A stretch of DNA of 64,000 nucleotides from Candidatus Multivorans sp. Its GTDB lineage: Bacteria > Acidobacteriota > Thermoanaerobaculia > Multivoradales > Multivoraceae. A program made the translations under genes and the position numbers. Shown here one piece after another: positions 18,620 to 28,464 of the stretch. How positions within the stretch are numbered: position 1 is the stretch's first letter; each line of letters begins with the position of its first letter. A model generated the notes under the pieces. The model did not search any database. It worked only from the letters and a program-made list of their open reading frames with translations, and was not told the DNA's origin. The stretch lies in the NCBI GenBank assembly GCA_965224025.1, contig OZ245033.1:1312001-1376000 (forward strand), in the 5' to 3' direction.

Positions 18620-20991
18620 GACTGCGAATGCTCCGGGTCGAGCAGCGCGGCCGCGAGAACCTGATCGAAGTGGTCGACGAAGACCAGTTCGAGGCCGCGG
18701 GTCACCGCCGGCGGGATCTCCGGCAAGTCTCGCCGGTTCCTTTCGGGCAGGATCACCTTGCCAATACCCGCTCCGCGCGCGGCCAACAGCTTCTCCTTCA
18801 GACCGCCAACCGGAAGGACCTCGCCTCTCAGCGTGATCTCACCCGTCATCGCGATCTTGTGATCGATGGGTCGGGCGCTCTGGACGGAAACGATTGCGGC
18901 GGCAATCGTGATGCCGGCGGATGGACCGTCCTTTGGAACCGATCCCGCAGGGACGTGAATGTGCAGATCGTGGCGACGCAAGAACTCGGAGTCCGAGGCG
19001 GTTGGGCCCTCGGTACTCGCGGCTCGGGCGCAACTCAGTGCGGCTTGCGCCGACTCCTTCATCACTTCGCCCAGTTGACCGGTGAGGATCAGCTTGCCCT
19101 TGCCTCGGGAGGCCGCTACTTCGATCAGCAGGAGATCGCCTCCGGCGGCGGTCCAGGCGAGCCCGGTCGCGACACCGATCCGGTCGCGGTCGAGAAGTTC
19201 CTCGCTGAAGTGCCGTGGCTGCCCCAGCAGACCCTTCAACCGGGCGGGGGTTACCCGCAACTTGCGGTCGTCTCCGCGCGCAACGCGTACGGCGGCTTTG
19301 CGGCACAGGGTTGCGAACTCCCGCTCGAGATTGCGCACGCCCGCTTCCTTCGTGTATCCGCGGATCAGACCGCGCAATGCGGCGGAGCTGATTTCGAGAG
19401 CTCCTTCCGGCAGACCATTGTCCGCGGTCGCCTTGGGAATCAGGTGGCGGCGTGCGATCAGCACCTTTTCGTCCTCCGTGTAACCGGAGAGACGAAGCAC
19501 TTCGAGTCGATCGAGGAACGCCGGCTGAATGGGTTCGAGCAGGTTCCCGGTGGCAATGAAGAGCACTCGCGACAGGTCGTACTCGACACCCAGATAGTGG
19601 TCCCTGAACGTGGAGTTCTGTTCCGGATCCAGCACTTCGAGCAAGGCTGCCGCGGGGTCGCCGCGGTAGTCGGCGCGAAGCTTGTCGATCTCATCCAGCA
19701 TGAAGACCGGGTTGCTGGTTCCGGCCTGGTTCAGTCCCTGAATAATGCGCCCCGGCAGAGAACCGACGTAGGTGCGCCGGTGGCCCCGGATCTCTCCCTC
19801 GTCGCGGACGCCGCCCAGGGAGATGCGCACGAACTTGCGGTCGATCGCGCGCGCGATGGAACGACCGAGCGAGGTCTTTCCGACGCCTGGGGGGCCGACC
19901 AGGCAGAGGATCGGCCCCTTGGCGTCAGGTTTGAGGCGCCTCACGGCCAGGTACTCGAGTATCCGCTCCTTGATCCGGTCGAGATCGTAGTGGTCTTCGT
20001 CGAGCACGGTGCGGGCGCGGTCGAGGTCGATCCGGTCCTTGCTCACGGTCGACCACGGCAGTCCCGTCAACCAGTCCAGATGGCCCCGGATGGTCGCGTT
20101 CTCGGCGCTGTCGGGAGAACTCCGCTCCAGCCTTCGGACCTGGCGCTCGACCTCGGCGGCCGCCTCCTCGGTCAAGCCACGCTCCTCGACCGCGCGCAGG
20201 TAGCGGTCGATGTCACCGTGGAGGTCATCGCCCTCTCCGAGTTCGTCCAGGATGGCTCGCAGTTGCTGGCGCAGGAAGTACTCGCGCTGGCTCCGGTCCA
20301 TCTCGCTCTTGGCCTGCGCCGAGATGCGCTGCTGCATGCTGAGCAGTTCGATCTCGCGCGCCAGCAGGTCCCCGACCCGTCGCAGCCGCTGGATTGGTCG
20401 GATCGTTTCCAGCACGCTCTGGGCCTCCTCCGGCTTGAGGCCCAGGTTGCTCGCGGCGAGATCGGCCAGCCGACCGGGGTGATCCAGATTGGCCGCGATC
20501 ACCATGACCTCGGAAGAGATGTCCTTGCCCAGGTTGACCGCGGTCTCCAGACCTTCCTTGACGCTGCGGACCAGGGCTTGCGCCTCGAGTTGGTTCCGAT
20601 CTTCCTGGCTTTCGTCTACTTCGACCACACGGGCGCGAAGAAAGGGTTCGGTCTGGCTCAGATGCCTCAGTCGCGCCCGCGCCAAGCCCTGGATCAGGAT
20701 CCGGACCCGACCGTCAGGCAACTTCAGCATCCGCATGATCAACGCGGCGGTTCCGATCTCGTGGAGATCGTCCTGTCCGGGCTCTTCGATGGAACTGTCG
20801 CGTTGGGGCGCCAGCAGGATGATGCGGTCGTTGCTCAGCGCGTCCTCGACCGCGAGCATGCTGGGGTCGCGGCTGATCGAAAGCGGCAGGATGATGTAGG
20901 GAAAGATGACCGAGTCCTTGAGCGGCAGGACCGGCAGGACGTCGGGCAGGGAGATGGCGTCCGACTGCTCGCTATTCGGAGTCACGGCCAT
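18595..20991 (-). CDS. lon: ATP-dependent protease La
   Basis: [32 protein letters not shown]. Confidence 0.97.
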   Translation of the reverse strand: MAVTPNSEQSDAISLPDVLPVLPLKDSVIFPYIILPLSISRDPSMLAVEDALSNDRIILLAPQRDSSIEEPGQDDLHEIGTAALIMRMLKLPDGRVRILIQGLARARLRHLSQTEPFLRARVVEVDESQEDRNQLEAQALVRSVKEGLETAVNLGKDISSEVMVIAANLDHPGRLADLAASNLGLKPEEAQSVLETIRPIQRLRRVGDLLAREIELLSMQQRISAQAKSEMDRSQREYFLRQQLRAILDELGEGDDLHGDIDRYLRAVEERGLTEEAAAEVERQVRRLERSSPDSAENATIRGHLDWLTGLPWSTVSKDRIDLDRARTVLDEDHYDLDRIKERILEYLAVRRLKPDAKGPILCLVGPPGVGKTSLGRSIARAIDRKFVRISLGGVRDEGEIRGHRRTYVGSLPGRIIQGLNQAGTSNPVFMLDEIDKLRADYRGDPAAALLEVLDPEQNSTFRDHYLGVEYDLSRVLFIATGNLLEPIQPAFLDRLEVLRLSGYTEDEKVLIARRHLIPKATADNGLPEGALEISSAALRGLIRGYTKEAGVRNLEREFATLCRKAAVRVARGDDRKLRVTPARLKGLLGQPRHFSEELLDRDRIGVATGLAWTAAGGDLLLIEVAASRGKGKLILTGQLGEVMKESAQAALSCARAASTEGPTASDSEFLRRHDLHIHVPAGSVPKDGPSAGITIAAAIVSVQSARPIDHKIAMTGEITLRGEVLPVGGLKEKLLAARGAGIGKVILPERNRRDLPEIPPAVTRGLELVFVDHFDQVLAAALLDPEHSQSWPAAKTG

Positions 20992-20997
20992 GCGGCC

Positions 20998-21006
20998 ACG
21001 CTAGCA
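20998..21006 (-). promoter_or_regulatory. extended -10 (TGC-TAGCGT) 6 nt upstream of the lon ATG
   Basis: Minus strand reads TGCTAGCGT-GGCCGC-ATG, with no room for an SD. Confidence 0.5.
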
Positions 21007-21333
21007 GTCCGCGCCGCAAACGGCACAAGTGCCGTTCCAGGGCGGGGAGTGCTAGGGAGGTGGGATGGGCCAGGGAACCGAGCCGCAGGCGAGGGGTTCT
21101 GGGGCGGCAGTCCGCGCCGCAAACGGCACAAGTGCCGTTCCAGGGCGGGGAGTGCTAGGGAGGTGGGATGGGCCAGGGAACCGAGCCGCAGGCGAGGGGT
21201 TCTGGGGCGGCAGTCCGCGCCGCAAACGGCACAAGTGCCGTTCCAGGGCGGGGAGTGCTAGGGAGGTGGGATGGGCCAGGGAACCGAGCCGCAGGCGAGG
21301 GGTTCTGGGGCGGCAGTCCGCGCCGCAAACGGC
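21004..21333. repeat. perfect 103-bp tandem repeat x3 plus 21-bp partial copy
   Basis: Units start at 21004, 21107, 21210 and 21313 with GCAGTCCGCGCCGCAAACGGC; identical by eye. Confidence 0.95.
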
Positions 21334-21348
21334 GCGGTCCGCGGAAGG

Positions 21349-21813
21349 TCAGTCCTTGCGCGAAGCCTTGAGAAGCGAGCGGAGTTCCGCCATGAATGCG
21401 TCCACATCCTCGAACTGCCGGTAGACGGAGGCGAAGCGGACGTAGGCCACCTGGTCGAGGGTCTTCAGGCGGTCGATCACGAAGTTGCCCAGCTCCGTGG
21501 TCGCGATCTCACGGTCCTCCTTGCGGTGGAGCAGGGTTTCGGCCTGGTCCACGATCTCCTCGAGTGCGGGCAGAGCTACCGGCCGTTTCTCGCAAGCCTT
21601 GAGCAGTCCGCCCAGGAGCTTTTGCCGGTCGAACTCCTGCCGCCGTCCGTCCGACTTGACGACCCGGTAGGCGATGTTCTCGATCTGCTCGTAGGACGTG
21701 AACCTGCGGTGGCAGTTCAGACACTCCCGGCGACGCCTGACCGTCTCGCCGCCGCGGACGTCTCGCGAATCGACCACGCGATCATGGTTGGCGGCGCAGA
21801 ATGGACATCTCAT
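21349..21813 (-). CDS. nrdR: transcriptional repressor NrdR
   Basis: MRCPFC, VVDSR, RRRRECLNC..RFTSYE, VAYVRFASVY. Confidence 0.96.
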   Translation of the reverse strand: MRCPFCAANHDRVVDSRDVRGGETVRRRRECLNCHRRFTSYEQIENIAYRVVKSDGRRQEFDRQKLLGGLLKACEKRPVALPALEEIVDQAETLLHRKEDREIATTELGNFVIDRLKTLDQVAYVRFASVYRQFEDVDAFMAELRSLLKASRKD

Positions 21814-21943
21814 GACCGGGTGCCAGTGCCTGAACGCTACCACTCGACGCCGAGGCGGGCGGCGCGGCGGCGGGCCGCGGCAGCCCCTAACCGGCCTCGA
21901 TCCTGGTCCGCCGGGCGCCGCGCCGTTGTAACATGCGGCACCT

Positions 21944-22984
21944 ATGAGCCGTGCTTTTGACCAGCTCAGTGAGCGCGACCGCGAGATCCTGCGCGAAGTG
22001 ATCGCGACCTACCTGTCCTCCGGTGAGCCGGTGTCTTCGCGGCGGGTCGCGAAGGACCGGCAATTTCAGCTCTCCGCGGCCACGATCCGCAACGTGATGG
22101 CCGATCTGGAGGACATGGGATATCTGCGCCAGCCGCACGTTTCGGCGGGGCGGCTGCCGACTGAAGCCGGTTTCCATCTCTTCATCGATGACCTGATGCC
22201 GGCAGAGAAGGTGAGCGAGGACGATCGCCGGTTGATCGACGATCGGCTGCAGACCGCGGGCGGCACCGGACAGGAACTGACGGAAGAGACCTCCAAGCTG
22301 CTCTCCGAACTCTCCCACCACGTCGGCGTCGTCCTCACCCCCGCTCTCGGCTCCGCGGTGATGCGGGCGATCGAGTTCGTGCCGCTCAGCGGCCGCAAGG
22401 TGCTCTGCGTAGTCGTCGCGGAGAACGGGTTCGTAGAGAACAAGCTGGTGGTCACGGACGAGCTGATCCCGCGCGAAGACCTGGTGCGCATTTCGAACTA
22501 CCTGACCGAGAACTACGCCGGCCGCTCCCTGTTCGAGATCCGCGAGGAACTGCTCCGCATGATGAGCGACGAGCGGGCGCGCCTCGACGAGTTGCTGCAC
22601 CGGGCGATCGAACTGGCCAGGGACGGCATGAACATGGGCCACGCGCCATCGCTCGTTGCCTCTGGAACGAACAGCCTGTTCGAGGCGTCGCCGAGCATGT
22701 CCCGTATCGAGGGCATGTTCCAGATGTTCGCGGAGCGCGCCCGTCTCGCAGGTCTGCTGAACCGCTGTCTCGACGCGGATGGCGTCCGAGTGATGCTGGG
22801 TCAGGATTCGCGGCTGACGGAGGAACTCGGTTTCGGCCTCGTCGTGCGCAGTTACCGGGCCGGGAACGGCGTGAGCGGATCGGTCGCCGTGGTCGGGCCT
22901 TGGCGCATGGAGTACCCGCGCATGGTGCCCCTGGTGAACTACCTCGGCGAGCGTTTGTCCGAGGTCCTGGCCGGCGGTGTCTAG
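21944..22984 (+). CDS. hrcA: heat-inducible transcription repressor HrcA
   Basis: GEPVSSR, SAATIRNVMADLE, QPHVSAGRLPT, GPWRMEY. Confidence 0.95.
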   Translation: MSRAFDQLSERDREILREVIATYLSSGEPVSSRRVAKDRQFQLSAATIRNVMADLEDMGYLRQPHVSAGRLPTEAGFHLFIDDLMPAEKVSEDDRRLIDDRLQTAGGTGQELTEETSKLLSELSHHVGVVLTPALGSAVMRAIEFVPLSGRKVLCVVVAENGFVENKLVVTDELIPREDLVRISNYLTENYAGRSLFEIREELLRMMSDERARLDELLHRAIELARDGMNMGHAPSLVASGTNSLFEASPSMSRIEGMFQMFAERARLAGLLNRCLDADGVRVMLGQDSRLTEELGFGLVVRSYRAGNGVSGSVAVVGPWRMEYPRMVPLVNYLGERLSEVLAGGV

Positions 22985-23012
22985 CAGCTAGCAGCTAACC
23001 GGAGCGTGAGGC

Positions 23013-23678
23013 ATGACAGTTGAGCCGAAGGAGGGACCTGAGAGTCAGGTTCCTGGACAGGAGAGCCCCGACGGGGAAGCCGGTGGGCCTGCCGCCGGCG
23101 AGTTGCTTGAGGCGGCCGCGGACGAGGGGGCCGCTCCGCCCAGCGTCGAAGTGCAGCTCCGGGAAGAGTTGTCGGCGACCCGGGATCGGCTGCTGCGGGC
23201 TCTCGCCGATCTCGACAACCAGCGCAAGCGGATGGACCGTGAGCGGCAGCAGTTGCGTACGAGTTACGTCTCGGCCCCGCTGCGCGAGTTCCTGGGCGTG
23301 GTCGACAATCTGGATCGGGCCCTTGAGTCCGAAGCCTCGGCAGACGACTTCCGTGCCGGCGTGGAGATGATCCGGCGCCAGATAACGGATCTCCTCCGCC
23401 GTTTCGACGTCGAACCGGTGGAGAGCCTGAACGCGGTGTTCGACCCGAATGTCCACGAGGCGGTTGCCCGGGAGGAGAGCGCGAAGGTCGATCAACCCAC
23501 CGTCGTGCAGGAACTGCAGAAGGGCTACACGATGCGGTCGACGCTACTGCGCGCGGCGATGGTCCGGGTCGCCATGCCGGCAGCAGAGCCGGCGCCGGAA
23601 GCCGCCGCTCCCGAAGGAACCGGGCCTGCGGAGGGCGCCGGGAGCGCATCGGACGCCGCTGCCGGCGGCGGCGCCTAG
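23013..23678 (+). CDS. grpE: nucleotide exchange factor GrpE
   Basis: LRALADLDNQRKR, VVDNLDRAL, FDPNVHEAV, GY...LLRAAMV.V. Confidence 0.94.
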   Translation: MTVEPKEGPESQVPGQESPDGEAGGPAAGELLEAAADEGAAPPSVEVQLREELSATRDRLLRALADLDNQRKRMDRERQQLRTSYVSAPLREFLGVVDNLDRALESEASADDFRAGVEMIRRQITDLLRRFDVEPVESLNAVFDPNVHEAVAREESAKVDQPTVVQELQKGYTMRSTLLRAAMVRVAMPAAEPAPEAAAPEGTGPAEGAGSASDAAAGGGA

Positions 23679-23684
23679 TTCGTC

Positions 23685-24902
23685 ATGCCGCGCGACTACT
23701 ACGAGGTCCTGGGCCTCGAGCGCTCAGCCACTCTGCAGCAGATCAAGTCGTCCTATCGCAGGCTGGCGGTGCGGCACCACCCGGACCGGAATCCCGACGA
23801 CGGCGCGGCGGAGGAGAAGTTCAAGGAGGCGGCCGAGGCGTACGCCGTGCTCTCCGATCCCGAGAAACGGCGCCGCTACGACCGCTTCGGTCACCAGGCG
23901 GCGCCGTTGGGCGGCGGCTTCGACCCGACGATCTTCGCCGACTTCTCGGACATCTTGGGCGACGTCTTCGGCTTCGGCGACATGTTCGGAAACCGGGCCG
24001 GGGGCAGGCGCCGGCGAGCCGGGGCGGACCTGCGCTACGACCTCCGGCTCTCCTTCGAGGAGGCCGCCTTCGGCGCCGATCCGAAGCTGCGCATTCCGCG
24101 ACTGGAGCACTGCGACACCTGCGGCGGCAACGGGGCGGCGCCGGGTTCCGGTCCGACCGCCTGCCGCGTCTGCGGCGGCCGCGGCCGGGTCCAGTACAGC
24201 CAAGGCTTCTTTTCGGTGGCCCGCACCTGTCCCGACTGCAGGGGCGCCGGCACCGTGATCCGGGATCCCTGCGCAGGCTGCAGGGGGCGCGGGTTGACCG
24301 AGCGCCAGCGCTCGATCCAGGTCCGCGTGCCGGCCGGCGTCGATAGCGGTTCCCGCCTCCGCCTTCCGGGCGAGGGGGAGCACGGCCGGCACGGCGGCCC
24401 ACCGGGAGACCTCTACGTCGTGATCGACGTCGAACCCCACGAGCAGTTCGTGCGCCGCGGCGCCGATGTCCTCAGTTCGGTCTCCGTCGGTTACCCGCAG
24501 GCCGTGCTCGGCTGCACGATGGAGGTCGAGACGCTCCACGGCATGTCCAGCCTGCGGGTGCCTCCGGCTACGGGGCACGGCGCCACTTTCGTTCTCAGGT
24601 CCCAGGGCATTGCCCGCCTCGACAGCCGTGGACGGGGCGACCACATCGTCGAAGTGCGGCTCGAAGTGCCGGCGCCCAGAGATCTCTCGGAGCGGGCCCT
24701 CGAACACGTGCGCGCGCTCGCCGAGTTGAGCGAGGACGGTAGCGGCACGGCGGACGGCACGGCGAGCGGCACGGTGGGCGCCACGAGCCAGGAAGCGCGG
24801 AGCGTGTTCGACCGGGTCATGGCCTTCTTCTCGGGATCCGGCCGCGAGGCCGGGCCCGCGGCGAGCGACGGCAAGAGGGCGGAGCGGAGTTCCGAGGCCT
24901 GA
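23685..24902 (+). CDS. dnaJ: molecular chaperone DnaJ
   Basis: DYYEVLG, HPD, G/F region, four CxxCxGxG repeats. Confidence 0.96.
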   Translation: MPRDYYEVLGLERSATLQQIKSSYRRLAVRHHPDRNPDDGAAEEKFKEAAEAYAVLSDPEKRRRYDRFGHQAAPLGGGFDPTIFADFSDILGDVFGFGDMFGNRAGGRRRRAGADLRYDLRLSFEEAAFGADPKLRIPRLEHCDTCGGNGAAPGSGPTACRVCGGRGRVQYSQGFFSVARTCPDCRGAGTVIRDPCAGCRGRGLTERQRSIQVRVPAGVDSGSRLRLPGEGEHGRHGGPPGDLYVVIDVEPHEQFVRRGADVLSSVSVGYPQAVLGCTMEVETLHGMSSLRVPPATGHGATFVLRSQGIARLDSRGRGDHIVEVRLEVPAPRDLSERALEHVRALAELSEDGSGTADGTASGTVGATSQEARSVFDRVMAFFSGSGREAGPAASDGKRAERSSEA

Positions 24903-24915
24903 GCTGAGCCGGCCC

Positions 24916-25098
24916 GTGATCCAACTGCTGGTCGGCGGCGCCCGAACTCTGGTGGTCGGCCCCGAAGGGGGCTTCAGCGAAGAGGAGATCGAGTGGTTCG
25001 TCGGCCGGGGGGCCACTCTCGCCGACCTCGGCCCGCGCGTCCCGTGCACTGAGACGGCGGCGGTCGCCGCGCTCGCGGTGGCTCTGTGTGCGTCCTGA
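24916..25098 (+). pseudogene. rsmE: C-terminal remnant of 16S rRNA m3U1498 methyltransferase RsmE
   Basis: VVGPEGGFSEEE and LGPRVPCTETAA (canonical LGPRILRTETA). Only 60 aa; no room for the N-terminal part after dnaJ. Confidence 0.75.
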
Positions 25099-25654
25099 CG
25101 GCGCTATCCTCCGAACGCTGGAAGCGCAGGTGCGGAAGTCGAAGCCAAAACGAGAGCGGAGCCCCAAGTCGGCCTACGACCGGGGGCTGGACCTGCTCGC
25201 GCGGCGCATGCACTTCGCGGCAGAGTTGCGGACGAAGCTCGGCCGCCGCGGCTACGCGGATCCGGAAGTCGACGGCGCGATCGAACGCCTGGTTGCCGGC
25301 GGCTACTTGAACGAGCAGGAGGCCGCGCACATGCTGGTGCGCTCGCTGCAGCGCCGCGGCTACGGCCGGCGGCGGTTCGAACTCGACCTGCGGCGGCGCG
25401 GGGCCGACGCGGTGGCGACGGGCGCCGCCCTCGAGTGCGTGGGCGACGAGGACGAGGTGGAACGGGCGGGTTCGGTGGCCGCGCGCTGGCGTTCGACTCA
25501 CCCCGCGCGTGACGCCGCGGCTCTGGCCCGGCACCTGGAGCGGCGCGGTTTCGCTCCCCGTACTATTGGCGCGGTGCTGTTCGACTCGGCCGATGGGTCG
25601 ACCGAACAAGCGGTCCCGGAGGAAGCGGAGATACAAGGTCACAGGTCATGTTGA
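25088..25654 (+). CDS. recX: regulatory protein RecX (start uncertain)
   Basis: AYDRGLDLLARR...ELRTKL, GYLNE, GYGRRR, LERRGF; lies upstream of alaS. Confidence 0.8.
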   Translation: MRPDGAILRTLEAQVRKSKPKRERSPKSAYDRGLDLLARRMHFAAELRTKLGRRGYADPEVDGAIERLVAGGYLNEQEAAHMLVRSLQRRGYGRRRFELDLRRRGADAVATGAALECVGDEDEVERAGSVAARWRSTHPARDAAALARHLERRGFAPRTIGAVLFDSADGSTEQAVPEEAEIQGHRSC

Positions 25655-28452
25655 GTCGGGATATCAGGCGGAGTTTCATCGACTTCTACGCCGGCCGCGG
25701 GCACGCGGAGGTGGCGAGTTCGCCGCTGGTCCCGCGGGACGATCCGACCCTGCTGTTCGTCAACGCCGGCATGGTCCAGTTCAAGAACTACTTCCTCGGA
25801 CTGGAGCAGCCGGACTCGCCGCGCGCGGTCACCTCCCAGAAGTGCCTGCGGGTGTCGGGCAAGCACAACGACCTGGAGAACGTCGGGCCGAGTCCGCGGC
25901 ACCACACGTTCTTCGAGATGCTGGGGAACTTCTCGTTCGGCGACTACTTCAAGGAAGAGGCAATCAGGTCAGCCTGGGAACTGGTCACCGGCGTGTGGGG
26001 GTTGCCGCCGGCGAATCTCTTCGCCACCGTGTTCCGGGAGGACGACGAGGCGGCGGACCTCTGGGTGCGGCTGTCGGGATTGCCGCCGGAGCGGGTCCTG
26101 CGCTGCGGCGAGAAGGACAACTTCTGGGCCATGGGCGACACCGGGCCCTGCGGTCCGTGCAGCGAGATCTTCGTCGACACGGCGCCGGACCTGCCCGAGG
26201 TCGGCTGGGAGGAAGGGAACGACTCGGGCCGCTATCTCGAGATCTGGAACCTGGTCTTCATGCAGTTCGAGCGCCGCGAGGACGGCCGGAGCGAGCCGTT
26301 GCCGAATCCGTCGATAGACACCGGCGCCGGTCTGGAGCGCGTGGCGGCGGTGCTCCAGGGCCTGGAGTCCAACTACGACACGGACCTGTTCGGCCCGATT
26401 CTTCGCGCGGTCGCGGCGAAGGCCGGCCGCGAGTACGGCCGCGACCCGGACGCCGATGTCTCGCTGCGGGTGATCGTCGACCATCTGCGAGCGGTCGGTT
26501 TCCTGCTCGCCGACGGCGTGCTGCCGAGCAACGAGGGCCGCGGCTACGTGCTGCGGCGGATCCTCCGCCGCGCGTCGCGCCACGGCATGATGAAGCTGGG
26601 CTTCGATGAGCCGTTCCTGGCGTCGCTGTTGCCCTCGCTGGAGGAGGCGTTCGCCGGCCATTATCCGGAACTGGAAGCGGCGCGGGAGTCGTCATCAGCG
26701 ACGGTGACCGCCGAGGAGATCCGGTTCCGTCAGACCATGGCGGTGGGGGCCGGCAAGGTCCAGCAGGCGATCGAGGAGGCCCGGGCCGGAGGCCGGTCGG
26801 TGCTCGACGGCGAGGCGACGTTCCGCCTCTACGACACCTTCGGCCTGCCGATCGAGACGGTGCGGGAGATCGCCGAGGAGGAGCAGTTCGGGATCGACGA
26901 GGCGGGGTTCGAGGCGGCGTTGGCGGAGCAGCGGGAGCGGTCGCGGGCGGGACGCAAGCAGCTCGACGTGGGGAAAGCGCTCGAGTCGCAGCTGAGGCAG
27001 GCGACCGAGTCGCTACGGCGGAAGGCGGAGGAGACCGGGAAGGTGGTCAAGTCGTTGGCGAGGCAGATCGACTCCAGCCTGTCGCCAACTGAACTGGCGC
27101 AGGCAAACGGTTCGGACTCAACAGAGATCAAGAGTCGGCCGGAGAGAGGATTCGTCGGCTACCGCGATCTTGAAGTCGAGGCAAGACTTCTCGGCCTGAT
27201 CGAGACCAGTGGAGAAGAGCCGCAAGGGGTCGAGAAGTTGACTGGCCCTGGCTTCGCAGTCTTCGATCGCACTTCCTTCTACGCGGAGGCCGGCGGACAG
27301 GTCGGAGATGTGGGCCAGGTGAGTTGGGATGGCGGCGAGGCCCGAGTTCTGGACACTCGAAAGCAGGGCTCCGTCAGCGTCCACCAGATCGATGCAGCCC
27401 AAGGCGTGCTTGAAGTCGGCACAACCGTTCGACTCCGGGTCGACCGCCAACGCCGGGAATCCGCCCAGCGACACCACACCGCCACCCACCTGCTCCACGC
27501 TGCTCTCCGCCAGCATCTCGGCACGGGCGTGCGCCAGGCCGGTTCCCTGGTACACCCCGATCGGCTCCGCTTCGACTTCACTCACGGCGCCCCGGTCACC
27601 GAAGAACAACTGGAGGCGATCGAGGACACGGTCAATGAATGGGTGCGGCGGGCGGTGAAGGTCCGGATCAAAGAACGTTCTTACGAGGACGCAGTGGCGG
27701 CCGGTGCGATGGCTCTGTTCGGCGAGAAGTACGGCGACCGGGTGCGCACCGTCGAGGTCCGCGCAGGCCGGGAAGACGACGCTGCCGTATTCAGCCTCGA
27801 ACTCTGCGGCGGCTGTCACGTCGGGAACACGGGCGAGATCGGCCCCGTGACCCTGGTCGGCGAGCGCGGAGTGGCCGCGGGGGTGCGGCGCATCGAGGCG
27901 CTGGCGGGCGACCGCGCGGAGCGCCTGCACCGCGACCGGGCGCATCTGCTGTCGACGCTGGAGTCGGAGATCGGCGCTGCCGGAGAGCAGGCCGCGATCG
28001 AAGTTCGTGCCCTCAAGGAGCGGCTGCGGGAGGTTGAGCGCGAGTTGTCCAGACTCCGTCTCGGGCTGCTGGCCGGCGACGGGAAGCCGGAGCGCGGGCA
28101 ACCGGCGGACGGCGACACCCGCTCGATCCGGGGCGTCGACGTCGTGCTGCGCGAAGTGCCGGCCTCGAACGTGGGCGAACTGCGGAGCCTCGCGGACGTG
28201 CTGCGGAGTCGCCTCGGTTCAGGCGTGGTCGTGCTCGGCGCGCGGAACGAGGGCAAGGTGAAGCTCGTCGCCTCGGTGACCCAGGACCTCCAGGACCGGG
28301 TCGATGCGGCGGCAGTGGCGCGCGCGATGGGTTCGGCGATCTCGGGCAGCGGCGGCGGCCGCCGGGACTTCGCCCAGGCCGGGGGCCGGGCCGAGGATCT
28401 CCTTCCCGCCTTCGCCGCCGCGGAGCGGCACATCGAAGACAGTCTGAGCTAA
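25648..28452 (+). CDS. alaS: alanine--tRNA ligase
   Basis: DPTLLFVNAGMVQFK, HHTFFEMLGNFSFGDYFK, HTATHLLH, ELCGGCH, GGGRRDFAQAGG. Confidence 0.97.
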   Translation: MLSRDIRRSFIDFYAGRGHAEVASSPLVPRDDPTLLFVNAGMVQFKNYFLGLEQPDSPRAVTSQKCLRVSGKHNDLENVGPSPRHHTFFEMLGNFSFGDYFKEEAIRSAWELVTGVWGLPPANLFATVFREDDEAADLWVRLSGLPPERVLRCGEKDNFWAMGDTGPCGPCSEIFVDTAPDLPEVGWEEGNDSGRYLEIWNLVFMQFERREDGRSEPLPNPSIDTGAGLERVAAVLQGLESNYDTDLFGPILRAVAAKAGREYGRDPDADVSLRVIVDHLRAVGFLLADGVLPSNEGRGYVLRRILRRASRHGMMKLGFDEPFLASLLPSLEEAFAGHYPELEAARESSSATVTAEEIRFRQTMAVGAGKVQQAIEEARAGGRSVLDGEATFRLYDTFGLPIETVREIAEEEQFGIDEAGFEAALAEQRERSRAGRKQLDVGKALESQLRQATESLRRKAEETGKVVKSLARQIDSSLSPTELAQANGSDSTEIKSRPERGFVGYRDLEVEARLLGLIETSGEEPQGVEKLTGPGFAVFDRTSFYAEAGGQVGDVGQVSWDGGEARVLDTRKQGSVSVHQIDAAQGVLEVGTTVRLRVDRQRRESAQRHHTATHLLHAALRQHLGTGVRQAGSLVHPDRLRFDFTHGAPVTEEQLEAIEDTVNEWVRRAVKVRIKERSYEDAVAAGAMALFGEKYGDRVRTVEVRAGREDDAAVFSLELCGGCHVGNTGEIGPVTLVGERGVAAGVRRIEALAGDRAERLHRDRAHLLSTLESEIGAAGEQAAIEVRALKERLREVERELSRLRLGLLAGDGKPERGQPADGDTRSIRGVDVVLREVPASNVGELRSLADVLRSRLGSGVVVLGARNEGKVKLVASVTQDLQDRVDAAAVARAMGSAISGSGGGRRDFAQAGGRAEDLLPAFAAAERHIEDSLS

Positions 28453-28464
28453 CTGGAGAACGGG

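Noticed and set aside
21047-21055. CIRCE operator (GAGTGCTAG in each repeat unit, near hrcA and lon)
   Set aside because: Only the right half-site matches; the position of the left half (GTGCCGTTC) matches TTAGCACTC at 4/9.
18628-21261. 877-aa plus-strand ORF and similar long antisense ORFs (6018-8129, 28931-31615, 33646-35460, 55818-57557)
   Set aside because: These are shadows of well-supported genes on the opposite strand, expected at high GC3, and have no motifs of their own.
21004-21333. CRISPR array
   Set aside because: The units are identical over their full 103 bp, there are no unique spacers, and no cas genes are present.
21052-21424. Small repetitive ORFs within the tandem repeat
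   Set aside because: The 103-bp period is not a multiple of 3, so the peptides are by-products of the repeat.
22981-22998. CTAGCAG-CTAGCAG-CTAA after the hrcA stop as a transposon footprint
   Set aside because: Too short to distinguish from slippage.
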